From: Candidatus Magasanikiibacteriota bacterium
Lineage (GTDB): Bacteria > Patescibacteriota > Patescibacteriia > Magasanikbacterales > UBA922
Assembly: GCA_052034405.1 (NCBI GenBank)
Contig: JBPOIO010000004.1
Span: 64,751 to 128,750, forward strand
Length of the DNA stretch: 64,000 nucleotides
Reading direction: 5' to 3'
The position numbers and the translations under genes were made by a program. The first letter of the stretch is position 1; every line of letters starts with the position of its first letter. Positions 60,256 to 64,000 of this stretch are shown here, one piece after another. The notes under the pieces were generated by a model. The model had not been told where the DNA came from. It did no database searches and worked only from the letters and a program-made list of their open reading frames with translations.

Positions 60256-61086
60256 TTATCTACTTGCGAGGTATTTTTCTACCGCTGCGCGAGTGATTGG
60301 CCCAAAGTATCCTGTTGAAGGAACTCCTGCTGGGAAAAATCCAAGTTTTTTGAGAGTATTTTGAAGTGCTACTACTTTTGGTCCGCGCATTCCAAAGTGC
60401 AAAGCTCCAACGATATCATCGGTACTTGGAGTTTCTGGAGCTGGAGTAGGAGCTGGTGTTGCAGGAGTATTCACACTTGCAAGGTATTTTTTTACAGCAG
60501 CTTCTGTCACAGGTCCCCAAAATCCAGTTGAAGGAAATCCTGCTGGAAAAAATCCAGCCTTTTTGAGAGCGTCTTGAAGCATTTTTACTTTTTCACTACG
60601 CTCACCACGGCGAGTTTCAGCGAGCAATCCATCAATATCAGTGATTTTTTCACCCAAAACTTCTTGTGGAGCAGCATTCAAATTGATTGAATCTGCCAAA
60701 ACTGGTGAGTTATTATTACTATTTGGGCGGAAAAATTTTACATACACTGTTTTCACCCCAGCACCTTCAGATAAAGTCCAAGGGAGAGAAGATTGATATG
60801 GAATTACTGTTGTATCAGCAAAATCTGGAGTATTTGAGATTGCCATTCCACTTGCATCTTTTCCACCTTCGAGATGAAGCATAACATTTGTAGATGCAGT
60901 ACTCTCGGCATCGTTATTGATAATCACATGAAGTGAAAGGTCAGGACGAGGAGCTCCACCACCTCCACCACCACGATGTCCACCACCTTCACCTCCACCA
61001 CCATAACCAAAAGCATGGCCAAATCCGACCAAAGAGAGTGCAACTGCCGCAGTTGCTACCAAACCAGTTTTGAGAAACTTGTTCAT
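60256..61086 (-). CDS. Secreted protein with two C-terminal peptidoglycan-binding (PG_binding_1-like) repeats and a Gly-rich segment
   Basis: The product has a signal peptide (MNKFLKTGLVATAAVALSLVGFGHA) and a GGGGEGGGHRGGGGGG segment. Its middle domain, NTPDFADTTVIPYQSSLPWTLSEGAGVKTVYVKFFRPNSNN, resembles a C-terminal-region segment of the giant protein (NNPDFSDATFQTFTTSSVWALPFGDGPKTVYVRFRSKSGG). Two PG-binding repeats follow, LQDALKKAGFFPAGFPSTGFWGPVTEAAVKKYLAS and LQNTLKKLGFFPAGVPSTGYFGPITRAAVEKYLAS. Confidence 0.6.
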   Translation of the reverse strand: MNKFLKTGLVATAAVALSLVGFGHAFGYGGGGEGGGHRGGGGGGAPRPDLSLHVIINNDAESTASTNVMLHLEGGKDASGMAISNTPDFADTTVIPYQSSLPWTLSEGAGVKTVYVKFFRPNSNNNSPVLADSINLNAAPQEVLGEKITDIDGLLAETRRGERSEKVKMLQDALKKAGFFPAGFPSTGFWGPVTEAAVKKYLASVNTPATPAPTPAPETPSTDDIVGALHFGMRGPKVVALQNTLKKLGFFPAGVPSTGYFGPITRAAVEKYLASR

Positions 61087-61218
61087 AAATAAAGATAAAA
61101 CTATAATAAATAACTTAAGAATCTAGAGGATAGTACTATAGGAGGGCCTATGCTGTCAAGAAAGTATTTTTGCCAGGCAATAGCTTTTGTGATAGTCTAG
61201 AATAAAAGAAAAATTTTT

Positions 61219-62727
61219 ATGCTCAAAAAACAAAAAAATAAACTTTATTTAGTGACTTTTGTCTTTGTTTTGGCAGGAATATTTTTTCGACTTTCCAATC
61301 TGAGTACTGCCCCCTATTGGATGGACGAAGGCTATACCGTCAATGCCATAGATTCACAGATTCGCAATGGAACAGAAAATTTTGCCGCCAAGCTTGACTC
61401 TGGCGAAACATATTTTTGCCCACTTTACTGCAGCCCTACAGCCAAAATTGTACAGTGGTCAAATCAAGACCCCGCAGCCTACCGAATTCTTTCGGTTTTC
61501 TTTGGACTTCTTTTTATTCCACTCGTATATTTTTTCACCCAAAAATTTTTCAAAAACACCTCTCTCTCCGTCCTTTCTACATTTTTTACAACTTTTTCTT
61601 ACTGGCAAATCGCCTGGTCACGCCAAGCACGTTGGTATACCGAGCTTGAATTTTTCTTTTGGGCTGCGCTTTTTCTTTTTTATCTTTTTCTCCAAGCAAC
61701 CAAAAACAAAGAAAAATATATCTATTTGGGCAGTAGTATTGTCGTGACACTGCTCGCTATTGTCACGCATAGACTCGCATACATGCTCCCTATCGTAATG
61801 TTGATTTGGTACGCCATTGAAAAAAAGCCCAGCAAAAAACAAATTGTCATTGGAAGCGCAATAAGCGTCGCAGTTCTGCTCATTGCCGAGTTTGGCCTAG
61901 GGCTTCACTTTGTGTCTCATGCTCTCAAAAACGTTTCGTTTCACTACATTCTCCCCTACTATCTCAATTTTTATATACGAAATTATTGGATGTTCCTACT
62001 CCTTGGACTCTACGGATATTTCAATGTACAAAAAGAAATACAAAAAAAGATTTGGATGCTGGCCACACCATTTATCGTCTATCTTTTTTTCTTATCATTT
62101 TTCACAGAGATCGTACACTATAGATACCTTTTTCATACAACAGTCGCCATGTATATCATTGGCAGTATTGGAATAATTGACACTCTTGCAAAAATCGCAA
62201 ACAAACAAAAACGTTTTTGGATCGTATTTGCAATATTTGGAATATTTTTTGCGACAGGTCATGGAGTAGCCACACAGCGAAATTTTTATCTTCTTGAAGC
62301 AGACGATCCGAGTGTCATGAACCGCCCCTACTATGCCTATACACCACAACCAAATTTCAACACTGCCTACGCAGCGATAAGAGCCGAAAAAAAGCCCGAG
62401 GATATTGTAATTTCGAGCCACCCACATTTTAACAAAATATTTTTGAATACAGCGGGATACTGGCTCAAATACAATTACCTCGGAATGGAAGATACAAATA
62501 AAACAATCACAAACAACAAAGAATATTATGTCGGCGCAAACGTGGTGAACAATCTGAATGAACTCAAAACTTTGATCGAGACAAATCACGGATATATCAT
62601 CTACGACTACATGGCCCGAGATGGCAAAATTTCACCAGAAATAACAAGCTATATTCAAAATAATCTCCAGCAATTTTACTTCGACGAAACAAATAGCTAT
62701 TCCAAAATTTGGGTGTATCGATTTTAG
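61219..62727 (+). CDS. Membrane glycosyltransferase of the GT39/GT83 (PMT/ArnT-like) family
   Basis: The 502-aa polytopic membrane protein carries the conserved Asp-Glu motif in the first extracytoplasmic loop (YWMDEGYT). The architecture matches dolichyl/undecaprenyl-phosphate-sugar dependent GT-C transferases. Confidence 0.65.
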   Translation: MLKKQKNKLYLVTFVFVLAGIFFRLSNLSTAPYWMDEGYTVNAIDSQIRNGTENFAAKLDSGETYFCPLYCSPTAKIVQWSNQDPAAYRILSVFFGLLFIPLVYFFTQKFFKNTSLSVLSTFFTTFSYWQIAWSRQARWYTELEFFFWAALFLFYLFLQATKNKEKYIYLGSSIVVTLLAIVTHRLAYMLPIVMLIWYAIEKKPSKKQIVIGSAISVAVLLIAEFGLGLHFVSHALKNVSFHYILPYYLNFYIRNYWMFLLLGLYGYFNVQKEIQKKIWMLATPFIVYLFFLSFFTEIVHYRYLFHTTVAMYIIGSIGIIDTLAKIANKQKRFWIVFAIFGIFFATGHGVATQRNFYLLEADDPSVMNRPYYAYTPQPNFNTAYAAIRAEKKPEDIVISSHPHFNKIFLNTAGYWLKYNYLGMEDTNKTITNNKEYYVGANVVNNLNELKTLIETNHGYIIYDYMARDGKISPEITSYIQNNLQQFYFDETNSYSKIWVYRF

Positions 62728-62794
62728 AGAAATCTTTCCAGCGAAAACAAAAGGAATATGCATTTTTTGCACATTCCTTTTTTAATGAAATAGA

Positions 62795-63115
62795 CTAAAC
62801 AATCTTCACACCTTCTTTTTTTATTTCTTCAGCAAGAATTGAAGCACTATTTTTTTTGAAATCATCTTTGGAAAGAAGAATTGGTTCGAGACGGCTATCC
62901 ACTTCAACCGCCATTTCCCACAGCTGCATTTTTTGTTTCAAATATTTTTTGTCTCTTTTCCCTTTTGTCACTACAGCTACATCAATATCACTATTTTTTG
63001 TTGCTTTGCCTGTAGCATAAGAGCCAAACATATATATTTCAGCAAACACAAAATCACTCTTTTTCAAGAGACTTGCATATCTTTTTACAATTAATTTTGC
63101 TTCAGATTTTGACAT
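62795..63115 (-). CDS. Minimal nucleotidyltransferase (MNT, Pol-beta superfamily)
   Basis: The GS-x9-13-DxD motif is present as MFGSYATGKATKNSDIDVAVV. The product is 106 aa. Its start overlaps the end of the upstream HEPN gene by 25 nt. Confidence 0.7.
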   Translation of the reverse strand: MSKSEAKLIVKRYASLLKKSDFVFAEIYMFGSYATGKATKNSDIDVAVVTKGKRDKKYLKQKMQLWEMAVEVDSRLEPILLSKDDFKKNSASILAEEIKKEGVKIV

Positions 63116-63498
63116 AACTTTTTATAAATAGCTTTTATACCTTTGTAATATGCATCCGTAAATTTTTTATTACACATTTTGTAAAAAGCAAACTTGACGT
63201 CAGGGTACCTTGCTTCCATATTGAACTCATTTACTTTTGCCAAAAATTTTATTTCTTCAGTAGACAATTCCAGATCGGTCAATTCAACCAGACGTGAAAG
63301 ATTATGTATTTTCGGAGCATTGTCCTTTGTATTCTCCACAACAAAAGACTTCAAAATACATTCCAAGGCTAAATGACCAAAGAAAAGACAGTCCGAATAC
63401 TTTTTGCTTTTATAAAGAGTCTCCATTACTTCTACCTTTTGTTTCGAATTTTCTTGCCAGTATGATATAAACTGTTTCCTTTGAAGAGTGGAAAGCAT
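63091..63498 (-). CDS. HEPN-domain protein (partner of the downstream MNT)
   Basis: The HEPN-like helices with the R-x(4-6)-H region read FGHLALECILKSFVVENTKDNAPKIHNLSRLVELTDLELS...EARYP. It forms an overlapping pair with the nucleotidyltransferase gene, as in HepT/MntA-type modules. Confidence 0.6.
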   Translation of the reverse strand: MLSTLQRKQFISYWQENSKQKVEVMETLYKSKKYSDCLFFGHLALECILKSFVVENTKDNAPKIHNLSRLVELTDLELSTEEIKFLAKVNEFNMEARYPDVKFAFYKMCNKKFTDAYYKGIKAIYKKLCQNLKQN

Positions 63499-63525
63499 AG
63501 TATATATTAGCTTAAATATAACAAT

Positions 63526-64000
63526 TTATTCGCAAAAAATCAAATTTTGAACTATCCGATTTTTCCACTCATCCGTCAACTCCTCACGAATTTCAATCCC
63601 TCGCATTCTTTTTTCAATCCAAGCCTCTGAGTATCCTTTTTGCTTGTACAGTTCCCGTGTGCGCTTTGTAGCGAGCTCTGGATCCTCAATTTCCTGGATG
63701 CGTTCATACCCGACCTTGGCAAGCCAGAGTTTGAATGGCTCGGCTTTGGGTGAAGGGATAGACTGAATAATACGAAATATACCTTCTGTGTTAGCACAAT
63801 TCATTTTTTGTTTACCGCCTTTTGTGATAACTTCAAGGGTGTGGACAAATTGTCCATACCCTTTTGATAACTCCGGATCTCGAAGGCGCATTTTATTTAT
63901 ATAGTCTTTTACGTTTGCGCTATCAATAAGCGCCAAAACTACATCCTCCACTACAAACCACCACTCCCCACCATGAAACACCTTGCGAATCTCGGCGCCA
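63526..64000 (-). CDS. Bro-N / DinD-like (DNA-damage-inducible protein D family) protein, N-terminus beyond the right edge
   Basis: The reading frame continues upstream of the GTG that the track treats as a start (...GAEIRKVFHGGEWWFVVEDVVLAL, a Bro-N-like motif). The C-terminal part, FKLWLAKVGYERIQEIEDPELATKRTRELYKQKGYSEAWIEKRMRGIEIREELTDEWK, matches the DinD/Bro-N family. Confidence 0.5.
   Translation of the reverse strand, partial: GAEIRKVFHGGEWWFVVEDVVLALIDSANVKDYINKMRLRDPELSKGYGQFVHTLEVITKGGKQKMNCANTEGIFRIIQSIPSPKAEPFKLWLAKVGYERIQEIEDPELATKRTRELYKQKGYSEAWIEKRMRGIEIREELTDEWKNRIVQNLIFCE

Noticed and set aside
63526-63981. A complete 151-aa gene starting at the GTG the track translates as M
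   Set aside because: The frame stays open upstream to the window edge, and the upstream residues (GAEIRKVFHGGEWWFVV) belong to the same Bro-N-like domain. The gene is truncated by the window.

Overview
This is an AT-rich genome segment with almost every gene on the minus strand. The gene content and organisation look like a small-genome, CPR/Patescibacteria-like bacterium. Four things support that: (1) a long S10-spc-type ribosomal protein cluster (tuf, rpsJ, rplC...rplO, secY, adk, map) with no L30 gene; (2) a stand-alone 16S rRNA with no linked 23S/5S; (3) a 4057-aa repeat-rich cell-surface protein; (4) weak Shine-Dalgarno usage. Standard stop codons are in use, and long intact ORFs end at TGA/TAG/TAA. 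Housekeeping genes recognised from their translations: a UvrD-type helicase (partial), tgt and queA (queuosine), NAD(P)-malic enzyme, two GT4 glycosyltransferases plus a WbaP-like sugar phosphotransferase, argS, tyrS, valS, aspS, lexA, a DHH phosphoesterase, two tandem iPGM paralogs, ruvX, trmD, bactofilin, and an RNase P RNA convergent with tRNA-Ser(UGA). Seven observations look most worth a second look. (a) The essential rplE (L5) gene is split by an in-frame TAG flanked by an 8-nt direct repeat. (b) A diacylglycerol-kinase-family gene has an in-frame TGA and degenerate catalytic motifs. (c) Three GC-rich islands (about 590-740, 1850-2460, 24430-25440) sit in the AT-rich background; two of them carry complete genes with their own promoter, strong SD and terminator, which suggests horizontal acquisition. 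(d) The lexA promoter has two Cheo-type (GAAC-N4-GTTC) operators. (e) The rpsJ-rplC spacer contains a consensus promoter plus a terminator-like hairpin. (f) The giant protein gene lies beside a cluster encoding a CAP-domain protein, a peptidoglycan-binding protein and a GT39 glycosyltransferase. (g) A HEPN/MNT pair and a Bro-N/DinD-like gene lie at the right edge. Coordinates of elements not in the ORF track were counted by hand and may be off by 1-2 nt. In the GC-rich island around 25260 my reading of the printed sequence and the ORF-track frames disagree by one nucleotide, so the raw sequence there deserves a re-check.
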